From positions 3,681,245 to 3,745,244 of the forward strand of contig NC_068988.1 in the NCBI RefSeq assembly GCF_001194135.2: a DNA stretch of 64,000 nucleotides, read 5' to 3'. The notes beneath the pieces are model-generated. The model was not told the origin of the DNA, made no database searches, and saw only the letters and a list, made by a program, of their open reading frames with translations. The stretch's first letter is position 1; each line of letters opens with the position of its first letter. Below, in pieces: positions 51,220-62,402 of the stretch. The stretch comes from Octopus bimaculoides (lineage: Eukaryota). Both the position numbers and the translations under genes were made by a program.

Positions 51220-51410
51220 ACCCTTTCTACTAAAGGCACAAGGCCTAAAATTTTGTGGGGAGGGAACTAGTCGATTACATAAACCCCAGTGTTTCACTGA
51301 TACTTAATTTATCAACCCCGAAAGGATGAAAGGCAAAGTTGACCTTGGTGGAATTTGAACTCAGAATGTTGTGGCAGACAAAGTCCTGTTAAGCATGCTA
51401 ATGATCCCGC
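51220..51410 (-). mobile_element. Family B SINE
   Basis: Reverse-complement B body with an (ATT/GAT)n tail. Confidence 0.75.
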
Positions 51411-51885
51411 CATCATGTACACATTTTGTCTTGGTGTAAAAGATGAGCGACAGCAAATGTTCTGCTCAATACAACAGATTTGCTTGTCAGTTGTTTGACC
51501 TTAATCAGTTGAGCATGTCCCTTGGTGGCTGACGATATGTGAATCTCTGATCATGAGCAGATGTAGTGGAGGAGCATCATAGCCATGTATTAAAGAAATC
51601 TTTGGGTTTTGGCTAATTCACCTTTGGAAACATGGGCATTTTGTTCAACATCCTTAAACAAACCTTATTCAGGGATCTTTTGAATGGGAAGAGCTATTCA
51701 ACCTGAAGAAAATTCTGGGACCGCCTGCAAGGTCATGCACTGTTTATCTTGATTTGAGATCACAATGTTGATCACATATGGTTGTGATGCATGTGCCTGC
51801 TGTACCCTTATCAGACGGGTAGTCCTGATGGGTATACTGGGCTTAATATATTTTACCCCAGTGTCACTTTTTGGCATGCACTGCT
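51410..51885 (+). mobile_element. Unclassified interspersed repeat (family F), longer copy
   Basis: Paralogous to 47828-48075. Confidence 0.75.
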
Positions 51886-51929
51886 CTCTCACTCACACAA
51901 TAAAAATAATGATAATGAACAAAAAAAGA

Positions 51930-52460
51930 AAAAACACGGAAAGAAAAGAAAATGTACAGTCAGTCTGCAAGAGATGTGAATGTCAAGACAGATACAGAGG
52001 ATCAGTGGTTGAAGAGGGAGTGACCTGAAAATAGAGACAGAAGCACTCATATGTGCAGAATAGGGAGCCGGACATAGACTTAATTGAGAAAGAAAACAAA
52101 CGATGCTGGATCCTAGATATAGCATGCCCATCTAACAACAAGGTATGTGATAAGGAAGAAAGAAAAGTCGATAGATAGGTTAGCTTCGGAGGTTAAGCAG
52201 TTGTAGTCGATGAAAAAGGTAGCAGTAGTACCTATAATTATTGGAGCCCTGGGAACAGTGAGCAAAAACCTCGAGAAGTACGTGGAACAAATAGGGGCTG
52301 CAATAAGGGTGGAGCACTTGCAGAAAACAGCACTGCTTGGCACTGCTCGAATACTCCGGAAGGTGCTCGAAAAATAAGAGATGTTTACCTTAGTTCACTG
52401 GTAGGGAATAGCTGATATTGTAGTACATCTCCAGCATTAGAAGCTGTGCAAAGGTAATGA
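51930..52460 (+). mobile_element. R4/Dong-clade element, internally deleted 3' portion
   Basis: WLKR..LKIETEALICA is joined to REPD..LIEKENKRCWILDIACP..VPIIIGALGTVSKNLEKYVEQIG..LQKTALLGTARILRKVLEK*. It ends in (TAA/TGA)n and is closely similar to 2938-3385. Confidence 0.88.
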
Positions 52461-53169
52461 TAATAATAATAATGATGATGATGATAAGTTCCAAAATTAC
52501 CCCAATTCTAGAGATTTGTAAAGGGCTTCTAAACTGACCATTGTGATTAATTGGTTCTTATCTTCGACACCTGGTTGGATAGTAAACAAAAACACTATTT
52601 GCAGGATTTGAATACTAATAATATTTCCAACAATAATAATCATTTATCATTTCTCATATGACAGTGGTTGTTGTTGTTGTTGTTGTAATCATTAACAGCA
52701 CCAGGCCCTTGATTTTGTTGTAATGTACAGCTATTACTGTAATATCAATGATGCTTTTTATAAGTATGACAGCTGCAACCATTGTTGTCAAAGAGACATT
52801 GCTTTCATTAGTAACCATGGAGATCAAGACACTGTACCATCCCCTTCCCTCTGTCTCTACCCATTTCCCTCTCTTCTTTCTCAAATAGACTTACACTCTT
52901 TGAAATAGAATCTATTTTTTCCTTTAAAATGATCGTGAAAATTGTTTACCACAACCTAGTTTTCAACAGCAAATCTCTCTCTTCACAGAACAACGATTAC
53001 CTTCTGCTCATTGGCAGTTCCATAATAAAATGGTCAACATTAAACAGTAATTTTAAATCTTTATTAAGATAGAAAAGGCTACAATTTAGTGAATCGTTTG
53101 GGGGCATAAATTTCCATAATGATTGTGATGAATGATGATGTTGATTAAGACAATGATGATAATGGTAAA

Positions 53170-53400
53170 GATTACTAAAACTCAAAGAGCAAACGCATAA
53201 TCTGTGGAAAAGAAGACAAAAGTATCACCCATCTCTTAAGTGCATGCAGTAAGCTAGAACAAAAAGAGTATAAGCAGAAGTATGACTGTGCACTGGTAAT
53301 TTAGCTGAGTACATGGATTCAAAATAGTAGAGAAGTGGATGGAACACGAACCAGAGGCTGATAATTACAGGACTTTATGGGATTTCTCCATAAATACAAA
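53170..53400 (+). mobile_element. R4/Dong-clade fragment (CCHC zinc-knuckle region)
   Basis: ICGKEDKSITHLLSACSKLEQKEYK..WMEHEPE..LWDF. Confidence 0.7.
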
Positions 53401-53624
53401 GTGGGGAGTGCTGAAAAGTTTATATGCTGATTATGAAGGAGTGATGCTAGAGCTATGAAATCTTGCATGCTTTCATTTCAACTCATTAAGAACCGCATTG
53501 TTTCTTTCCAGGTAAACTGACATCTGACCGTTCAAAGGGCTGAAGCAAAGTATTTTAAGCTATAGAGTCTTGCTTAGTTCTAACAATCCAAATAGAAGTC
53601 CACCAAACTCATAGAAGTATCTTT

Positions 53625-54152
53625 TACTTGTTTCCGTCATTAGACTGTGGCCATGCTGGGGCATCACCTTGAAGAATTTCTAGTGGAATGAACCAATGCC
53701 CAGTACTTTTGTTTTGGTCTCTATTGTTGAACTGCTTAGTTACAGGAGCATAACACACCAACAGCAGTTGTCAAGCAGTGTTAGGGGACAGATTGGCATT
53801 GCATCGGTTACAACAATGAGGGATCCAGTTGATCGAATGAAAGGAAAAGCTTACTCAAAAAATTAACATGCAGGTGGCTGAGCACTCCACAGACATGCAT
53901 ACCATTGATGTAGTTCTCTCAGGGAGATTCAGCATGATGCAGAATGAGACAAGGTTGGTCTCCTTGAATTACAGGTACCACTCATTTTGGCCAACTGAAT
54001 GGATTGGATCAATGTGAAATAAAGTGTCTTGCTCAAGGACGTAATGTGCCATGGGTGAAGAGAACTCGTGACCTTATAATCTTAAGCTGAATACCCTGAC
54101 CACTGAGCCACACACACACACCTTCACTGGTGAACAAACACAGACACAAGGA

Positions 54153-54187
<35 letters not shown>

Positions 54188-54335
54188 TTCCATTTCCATC
54201 TACCAAATTCACTCACAGGGCTTTCGTGAGCCCAAGGCTATAGTAATAGACACTTGCCTAACGTGCCACACAGTGGGACTGTACCCAGAACCATGGGGTA
54301 GGGAAGCAAGCTTCTTACCACACAGCCACACCTCT
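53625..54335 (-). mobile_element. Family C SINE interrupted by a family A SINE (53795-54127, minus)
   Basis: C 3' half at 53625-53794, a full A copy, then C 5' half at 54130-54335. Confidence 0.75.
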
Positions 54336-54573
54336 GCCTGCATGTATCTACAGTATATATCATTATATTGAAGGAACCAACATCTTCTACTGATGGGTTT
54401 TATTGAACTGAATAAGAACCCATAGCAGTCATTGATGAGGGAGTAAAAGATACCACGAAATACCTAGACTAGTTACCTTCACCTTTTGTTTTTTATCAAA
54501 AGAATCATGAGTAGTGGAGACTTTGGAATAGAAAGAAAGTCACTGACAGTCTGTCTGTAACCATTCCACTTAC

Positions 54574-54729
54574 TTTATGCCGTTGAAGGTCTGACAAAAA
54601 GTCTAAATATGACAATGGTTTCTTCCCATTTCCTGTATAACTAGTTTTGTTCCAATATTTAAGTCTTCTCATCTCAGTAAATCTATTTACTTCAGGCTCC
54701 ATATTTAAAATGCAACATTGTTCATGGAA
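54574..54729 (-). CDS. Candidate internal host exon, 156 nt, phase 0-0 (product unknown, possibly degenerate EF-hand-like)
   Basis: T-rich tract then ttag|TTC..CATAAA|gtaagt (consensus donor). Only one frame is open: FHEQCCILNMEPEVNRFTEMRRLKYWNKTSYTGNGKKPLSYLDFLSDLQRHK. Confidence 0.4.
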
Positions 54730-55199
54730 CTAACCAAAATCACAACAACAAAAATAAGACAAATTCAGAAAATAAAATAGATTTCAACTGTGTAAGAAAT
54801 TCTTTCTAAACTTTCATATTTAAACATGTCTGAGACCATTTTTTTAAAAATTTTATTTTTTAACCAGATACATGTTTTCTTGGTAAGTGAATTCTTGAGA
54901 AACAGAGAAGCAAAATGACTCAGATGCACATCTTGTTCCAAGTTCATATTACTTTTCAGATTATTTCTTTTAATTTCCTTGGATTCCGGATCTTAACTTA
55001 TTTCTTTTAAATTACAATGGAAACCCCAAGTAATTTTAACATTCATATTGTGACATCAAATATATCTTTAGCAATTCTATTTTGATTTCTTTTACAGTTT
55101 CTGCTATTTATGTCTTGGATTTGAAGAACTTTCCAACAGATATCAAAAAGACTTTTTTCTCTGTATTCTCTTTCCTTAAAGACGTCACTAATACATACA

Positions 55200-55276
55200 T
55201 TTGTGTGTGTGTGTGTGTGTGAGTGTGCGTGTGTGTGAGAGTGTGTGTGCATATATATGTATATATATATATTTAA

Positions 55277-55321
<45 letters not shown>

Positions 55322-55456
55322 ATATTCATACACATGTATTTGCATATAATCACTTTAAATACCTACATATGTACACACACCCACATTTATGAGACACACA
55401 TAAATACATATCCACACGTAGTATGTACGCTTATCCATACACACATATATACATAT

Positions 55457-55527
<71 letters not shown>

Positions 55528-55530
55528 AAT
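55200..55530. repeat. Complex (TG/CA/TA)n tract
   Basis: Seen directly. Confidence 0.9.
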
Positions 55531-55926
55531 ATAATTATATTATATTTCTAATGCTTCTGAAGATCGCAAGCATATACTTGTGCTTCAGTACCATATTTGA
55601 TGTGCTTACAATGTGATATGACATTCATTGATTTATTACATCTGTTATGGCCTGAGGCTACATCAGTGTTGGAAGCCAAATCATTTATTGATACACACTT
55701 CGGACATAATAATGTGAATAGTCTTACTTATTTTGACATTTTCTCCACCTTACTGCTCACAATCTGTCTTTCTTTGTTTCCTTCTTTCACTCTAACAATC
55801 TTCCTTTCACGCTAACAATCTTTTTTTATATTTACAGTAGTTTTTGTAATATCAGACCTGCATACACACACACACACATACAAATGTATATATATGTATG
55901 TGTGTATATATGTGTGTGTATGTATA

Positions 55927-56685
55927 CAGGGTGCGGTGAATATACTGTCGTCTAAATTACGTAAAAATGAAAATAACACTGGCATCCCATTTTAACAGAT
56001 ATATTTACCAAAATTACATAAAAATGTCTTGAAATACTAAGGAGTAAATTTATTTAATAAAATCGCCATTGCATTGGATTTAACCACGGCCTCCAGATGA
56101 CTTTGGAATCTCTTGGAACACTTCTGGACAGACTCCTTGTTTAACTTGGTGAACACTACCATTAACCTTGCCTTCAGTTCATTACATTATGTGTGGGGCT
56201 CAACTGTGCTCCACACATAATAATCAAGGGCGTTGCAGTCTGGGGAGTTAGGTGGCCAGATGTTAGGGGTGATGTGGTCACAGAAATTGTCTGACAGCCA
56301 TCACTGGCTTCTCCTGCTTGTGTGGGCATGTGTAGAGTCCTGTTGCCACACAGGGTCTTCCAGCAGTCACCCTCTTCACCTATGGCAGCACTACCTCCCC
56401 CAGGTCCTGGATGTAGGCCAACATGTTGAATCTGAAGCTGAGTGGGGAGACAAATGGAGGCATAACATCACTATCACTAGTGATCACTCTGGACACCATG
56501 ATGTTGACTGGATGTTTGATTTTTATCACTCATGGAACCTGTCCTCAGATTGACACCCAGACACTCTGAAACGTTTGTATTGGAGCATCTGGCATGAATA
56601 CCGAGCAGTACAGCATGTTTCCAAATTTCTGGCAGAATAAATTGTATCCTTGTGTTTTGTATCTCACAGACAGTGCCCAACTGAC
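55927..56685 (-). mobile_element. Tc1/mariner (maT-type, DD37D) transposon, internally deleted
   Basis: N-terminal HAVLLGIHA..NVSECLGVNLRT (HTH) joined to VITSDSDVMPP..WQQD-(37 aa)-D with IWPPNSPDCNALDYYVW. Terminus TA|CAGGGTG at 55925. Confidence 0.88.
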
Positions 56686-56689
56686 CCTA

Positions 56690-57160
56690 TATCCTGAATC
56701 CATACTTGGTGCGTGTTATTAATACATCTAGGAATTCTAGCTGATTGTCTTTTTTTTTTCTATTGTGAACTGTATGAATGGCTCTATTGAGTTCACATGA
56801 TCTAACAGCACTTGGACATCTTCCTGGTGGTGCCAGAGTATGAAGGTGTCATCAATATATCGCAGCCATAGGGTTGGTTTTAGTGGTGTTGATCCTAAAG
56901 ACAAATTCTCAAAGTATTCCATGTATATATTGGCTATTATAGGTGATAATGGCAAACCCATAGCTAAACACTCTTCTTGTTAGTGTCCATACTGAAGTAG
57001 GTAGTTTCTACACAGAAGGTTAACATTTCCATGAAGTTTCTTATTGGTATACTAGTGCGTCCTTTAGATAGGTGTCTGGCACTAGTTTTTCTTGAATCAC
57101 TGATAGTGCTTCACCTGTTGGGACTTTGGTGGACAAATTTATCACATATAGACTCACCAT
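56690..57160 (-). mobile_element. Penelope-like reverse transcriptase fragment
   Basis: VSLYVINLSTKVP, MGLPLSPIIANIYMEYFE, LWLRYIDDTFILW..HVNSIEPFIQFTIE and LEFLDVLI. Confidence 0.88.
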
Positions 57161-57164
57161 CTGG

Positions 57165-57420
57165 TTAGATTCAGTGGGGGTATCCTTGGCATCGTGGTTA
57201 AGAGCACGGGCTACTAACCCCAAGATTCCAAGTTCAATTCCAGGCAGTGACCTGAATAATAATAACAACAACATCGAAAAATACCTTAGGAATGAGAACC
57301 CAGATTCAAATTTCACCAAGTCACCTGATGAAGGCTGGAGGGTATATTAACCAAAACATTGCATTAACAACAAACAAGATGAGGACAAATATCTGTCAGA
57401 TGTAAATTATGTAAATAATG
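57165..57420 (+). mobile_element. Family E tRNA-head/hammerhead element
   Basis: GTGGTTAAGAGCACGGGCTACTAACCCC..AGTTCAATTCC head; GTCAC-CTGATGA-A-GGCTG..TAACC-AAA-ACAT-T-GCATT at 57320-57365. Confidence 0.85.
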
Positions 57421-57557
57421 GTACTTATTGTACCGACTCCAAAACGATGAAAGGCAAAGTCAACCTCAGTGGAATTTGAACTCAGAACGTAAAGACACAC
57501 AAAATTCTGCTGAGTTTTTGCCCACGATGCTTACAATTCTGCCAGTTTGCTGTCTTA
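57420..57557 (-). mobile_element. Family B SINE 5' part
   Basis: GATGAAAGGCAAAGTCAACC..GAACTCAGAACG. Confidence 0.75.
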
Positions 57558-57567
57558 ATTATTACTA

Positions 57568-57818
57568 TTGGGTTGGTGCATAATTATGGCGGCTTTTTTT
57601 CAACAAATTTTATTCAACAAAAACATAACAACATGTAACAAAAGCATCTTTAAATGATTATTCTGGAGCATATTCACCATCTACTTTGATTGCTGCTTCC
57701 CATTTGCTTGGCAGACGGTCAGACTGTCATTTAAAGACATTTTTGTTAAATATTGTTATTGTTTGTGTTGAATAAAATTTGTTGCAAATAAACCCGCAAT
57801 AATAATGCACCAACCCAA
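57568..57818 (-). mobile_element. Mariner-derived MITE (~250 bp)
   Basis: TIRs TTGGGTTGGTGCATAATTATGGCGG / CCGCAATAATAATGCACCAACCCAA, resembling the Hsmar1-type TTAGGTTGGTGCA. The internal remnant RLPSKWEAAIKVDGEY is a mariner C-terminus. Confidence 0.85.
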
Positions 57819-57824
57819 TTTAAT

Positions 57825-58058
57825 ATTTATTTCTTTATTGCCCACAGGGGGCTAAACATAGAGGGGACAAACAAGGAGAGACAAAGGGATTAAGTTGATT
57901 ACATCGACCCCAGTGCATAACTGCTACTTATTTACTCGACCCTGAAAGGATGAAAGGCAAAGTCAACCTCAGCGGAATTTGAACTCAGAACGTAACTGCA
58001 GACGAAATACTGTTAAGCATTTCGTCCAGCATGCTAACGTTTCCGCCAGCTCGCCGCC
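57825..58058 (-). mobile_element. Family B SINE (variant tail)
   Basis: Well-preserved copy; same subtype as 10632. Confidence 0.85.
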
Positions 58059-58959
58059 CTAAATAATATTAACCACTGAACAACGAATGCTGTGTTTTTT
58101 CCCCAGATAAGTACTTCCTATTAGATTGTCTTTGCTCATGACATTAAATGTATTAACACTATCTTAACAAGTTCAGAAATTCTTACTCCATTATGTTGTA
58201 TCTTTGACCAAGATATCCACCTCGGCTTGCTCCAGTTTGCCTGACTGAACCAAAAAATAGATGCCATTCTTATTTCATGGTTGAACAGTTAACAGCAGAA
58301 AAGCATCCAGCTGTAAAAACAATTATTCTAGCAAACAAACCAACCCACACATTTAAATATGGAAAAAATGGATGTAAAATTGTATAAATTTAATTTAAAA
58401 TATTAGCCACGTGAACTCTAAAATAAGTACTGATCTCTGGTTGCCATGAAAAATATTTTCATGGTTTTTAGCTAATGAGAAGAATTCAACTGAAGAGATT
58501 GTGAAATAAGAATAATGTATTCAAAGATAGTTACATTCATTAGACATTTATTTTCTCTATCTGCTCGCTTCCTCATGCTAGTTTCACAATCACTTTACAA
58601 AACTCAATATCTGTAACAAACTGAACCAAGTTCTTAATATAATCCAGTTTTGGTGAAGAGTCTTTGCTACTATACAGCAACCTAAAAACCGGTAACAATC
58701 ATCATCATCATCATCAGTATAATCCACATAACTCTCAATTACACCCTGATGCAGTTCAAGCAAAATGCTTGATCTATTTAATTTACACAGTGGTTGCCTC
58801 TCCTATCAGAACTTTATCTCAACGACTGCAAGGGATCTATTCCCCTCACATCAGGTTTTACTTGATGGTTTGAAAGTATCACCCAACAAAAATTAACCAA
58901 ACCTATAACCATTACACACACACACACACAAACTAGTTAGAGTGATATTTATATTAAAC

Positions 58960-59195
58960 TTCAACAGTTTCACATCAATGAATGCAGGAATATTGTAAGC
59001 AGGGTAGGAATTCCAGTGGGATCATGTTCAGGAGAAAAGTGATTGGGAATAGCAATACTGAATGGGTGACAAGAAGATGGGAGTTAAGTGCAAGTGATGA
59101 GGTTGGATGAGAGTAGTAAGTCAGTGTCAGGAGTAGAGGCCACTGTGGTAGTTGTAGAAGAGGTTGAATGATGACAAAAGATCTGTTGGAGTAAA
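58960..59195 (-). mobile_element. CR1/L2-group LINE C-terminal fragment
   Basis: LSSFNLFYNYHSGLYS..YSQSLFS..WNSYP. Confidence 0.5.
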
Positions 59196-59300
59196 GATTG
59201 TTTGCCAACATAACATGACAGTCTTGATTTAGGCTGAATGTTGCTGTAATTTAGCCCCAGAAGACATCATCTCTAGCTGGCTATATGACATGATCTGTCA
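59195..59300 (-). repeat. Family J segment (also at 59873-59957 and 61165-61270 on plus)
   Basis: GATGTC.TCTGGGGCTAAATTACAGC..CATGTTATGTTGGCAAACAATCT is present three times. Confidence 0.8.
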
Positions 59301-59830
59301 TCATCATCATCATCATCATTTAATGTCCGCTTTCCATGCTGGCATGGGTTGGATGGTTTGACTGAGGACTGGTGAGCCAGAAGGCTGTATCAGGCTCCAA
59401 TCTGATCTGGCAAAGTTGCTACAGCTTGATGCTCTTCCTAACGCCAACCACTTCGAGAGTGTAATGGGTACTTTTATGTGCCATCGGCACGAGGGCCAGT
59501 CAGGCGGTTCTGGCAACGACCATGCTCAAAAGGTGCTTTTATATGCTACCTGTACAGGAGCCAGTCTGGCGGCACTGGCAACGACCACACTCAAATGTTG
59601 TTTTTCATGTGCTGGTAAGGCGATGCTGGCAACAATCACACTCAAATGGTGCTTTTCACGTGTCACCGGCACGGGAGCCAATCCATGGCCCTGGCAATGA
59701 TCACGCTCAGATGTGCTTTTAACCTTCCACTGGCCTGAGTACAAACCAGGCAGTTCTGTCATCGGCCACATCAGCGATTTTGATTTGATTTGATTTCACT
59801 TGCCTCAATAGGTCTTCGCAAGCAAAGTTT
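59300..59830 (-). mobile_element. Family D (RTE 3' UTR) with ~5 tandem ~50-bp units
   Basis: (CAT)n end, D core, and repeated ..GGCAACGACCA..CTCAAA.GGTGCTTTT..GTG.. units at 59480-59720. Confidence 0.85.
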
Positions 59831-60059
59831 ATTGTCCAATGAATGAAGGGGTGTCCTTATATTTTCGAACAAGGGATGTCTTCTGGGGCTAAATTACAGC
59901 TACATTTGTCCTAAACCAGGACTGCCATGTTATGTTGGCAAACAATCTTTACTCCAAAGTACTGTTGCTGAATATTTCTCATTATGAGATTTACAAAAAG
60001 TAATTTTTTAAAATTTATAGATCAGTAACTAGTTGTCACTTTGAAAACTATATATTTCG

Positions 60060-61040
60060 AGCGGGAATTTTTGCTTGGATCTGTTTCATAAAAAGACAGA
60101 ATCTGACTTTATGGCAGAAGGAGTGCCTCCACAAGACAGGCAAGGCCAGCAGCGGGAATACCACCTTGGTGTTCTATAGAGGGCTGGTAGAGGCAAAAGA
60201 TGATGACATCCTAGGAGGGGCTCTGGGGTTTGATGAGAACCAACTTGCCAATGTGTTCAAAAAACCTTTCAGGCCAGATTGCTTGGATAACTACCAAAAA
60301 TCCCTGACCTGACAGTGCTACAGGAACGCATTACCTGTTCACAATAAGTTATCCAGGCATAGATTGTCAGTGCCACCGATGTGTCCAAGATGTGGGCTGG
60401 ACGATGAAACCATCCAGCACACTTTTGTACAATGTCAGGAGCTATCTAGCTTGATAAGTTACGTTGAACATGTGTTGTCACATCTGGGACAAGTACAGCT
60501 GTCGGCTGGATCTATAATAAAGATGATACCATCAACTGGACTCTCAAAGGAAGGTGAGGCTTTTTTTTACTGTACAGTTGCTGTACTGAAAGAGTGTGTT
60601 TGGAGGACAATAATGGAAGGTTTTTGTGACAGGGTCCTTCGTCTCTGGCCCCGGTTTGCTATCCTACTTCAGATATCATCTGAAGAGCAAGACGGGGTTG
60701 GAGAGGAAGACCCTACCGCTGAGTGAATATGAAAAACAATGGAAGGATGTGATGAGAAGGGTGGGTGTTAGTAACCCAGCTTAATCATTGATGAAAGGAA
60801 AAGCTAGCTGCTGGGCCTTATGGGCTGCCGGGTTAAATTTTTTTAAAACTTTTATTCCTTTTTTTTCTTTGTGTTCTGTTTTAAAAAAGTTCTAGCTAAA
60901 AGTTTAAACCATTAATCATTTATATATAAAATATACAAGTAAATTTTTAACATAAGCTCATTTGAACTCATATAACATTTTTGTATTTGTTTGTCTTTTA
61001 ATGTCCTTTTCTATGTACTGATCTTCATGATTATAATAAA
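60060..61040 (+). mobile_element. Tx1/L1-clade LINE 3' fragment with 3' UTR
   Basis: LDNYQKSLT(W)QCYRNALPV..MCPRCGLDDETIQHTFVQC (zf-RVT/CCHC). T-rich UTR ends at AATAAA (~61035). Confidence 0.8.
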
Positions 61041-61066
61041 GAGTCAACCTCTAGCCAAACAACTAT

Positions 61067-61111
61067 TCTGTGCTGATGAAGGGAAATAGCCCGGAAATCG
61101 CAATACACAGA
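61067..61111 (+). ncRNA. Minimal type I hammerhead ribozyme motif, intact core, on a long imperfect stem
   Basis: TCTGTG-CTGATGA-A-GGG-AAATAG-CCC-G-GAA-ATCGCAAT-A-CACAGA: perfect 6-bp stem I, AUA triplet and near-palindromic stem III. Confidence 0.7.
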
Positions 61112-61494
61112 TGTTGTTTTGAGCTGAGTTGGGGTGCTAGATTCCCTTGTTTGAAAATATAAGGACACAGATCATATTGTATAGCCAGCTGGAGACGATG
61201 TCTCCTGGGGCTAAATTACAGCAATATTCGTCCTAAACCAAGACTGCCATGTTATGTTGGCAAACAATCTAACGCTTCTGCCAGCGCGCTGCCTTAAACC
61301 ATAAAATGAATGAAGTCTCCTCCCCAAAACCATAAATGCTCTTTTACATGGTTTCCATCAACCAAATTTTATTCATAAGGCTTTTATCAAACGCAAGTTT
61401 ATGATAAAAGGTACCTGCTCAAGTTGCTGTGAAGTGAAATTGAACTTAAAGTCATGTAGTTGAAAAGCAAACTTTTTAACTGTGCAGCCATGCC

Positions 61495-61496
<2 letters not shown>

Positions 61497-61560
<64 letters not shown>
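61497..61560. repeat. (AG)n microsatellite
   Basis: Seen directly. Confidence 0.95.
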
Positions 61561-61563
<3 letters not shown>

Positions 61564-62367
61564 TATGTGTATATGATAGAATGTATCCAGTTTCATTGGT
61601 TAATAAAGTTGTATTAAACTATTTATTGAAAGGATCAGCCAATAAATGTATCCACCATAAAGTAGTTTAGGGCCATCTCAAGGACTGATGATTGATCATT
61701 AGTCAAGGTGATTAATTTAAAAAGACTAAAGACTCACACATTTACTGAGTACAGTAAATGTCTTTTTTTTCTTTTTCTTTTATTGTCAGGGCTGTAATTT
61801 TCTATCCACAATTGTTTGATATGAAATACATTTGACAGATCATTGATATAGAAAACAAAAACGATATATTTATTTGTCCTCAAATCAGACGTTTGAAGAC
61901 ACAGAAACATAAATAAAGAAATCAAAACTTGCTTTGCAACCATTAGGCAGTCATCACTTAATTCTTGTTCAGTCGACTCCAAGTTTGATACAATTATGTT
62001 AAATTGCAACCAACTAATAATGAAGTTAGAAAATATACTTTATTATCATTATTATTATTATTATTATTATTCCAAGTTGAGTCCATTGTATGACAAGAGA
62101 AGGAAAACGGTATTATATGGAAAGTAGCTACAATTAAAGCTGTCACCCATAATGCATTCCTAACACATCACCGTATTTATAAGTGACAGTTTTATTATGG
62201 GTGTTTTAAAAGAAGAAAAAAATATTCAATTTGTAAGACACAAGTCTGATATTGTTCCCGTTTCTTTAGAATTGGTAAGTTATCATAATATGAACAGATG
62301 GCAAGATAAGAGAGTATTTAATCGGGTTCATTGAGCTACAGTTTATTTCTTGAGACTATACAACTGA

Positions 62368-62402
<35 letters not shown>

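Noticed and set aside
58445-58466. Small AT-rich palindromes (also 46837-46862)
   Set aside because: 9-bp stems are expected by chance at this AT content.
62270-62274. 5-nt segment between a strong acceptor and GTAAGT
   Set aside because: It is not frame-preserving and such motifs arise by chance in 64 kb; no support without RNA data.
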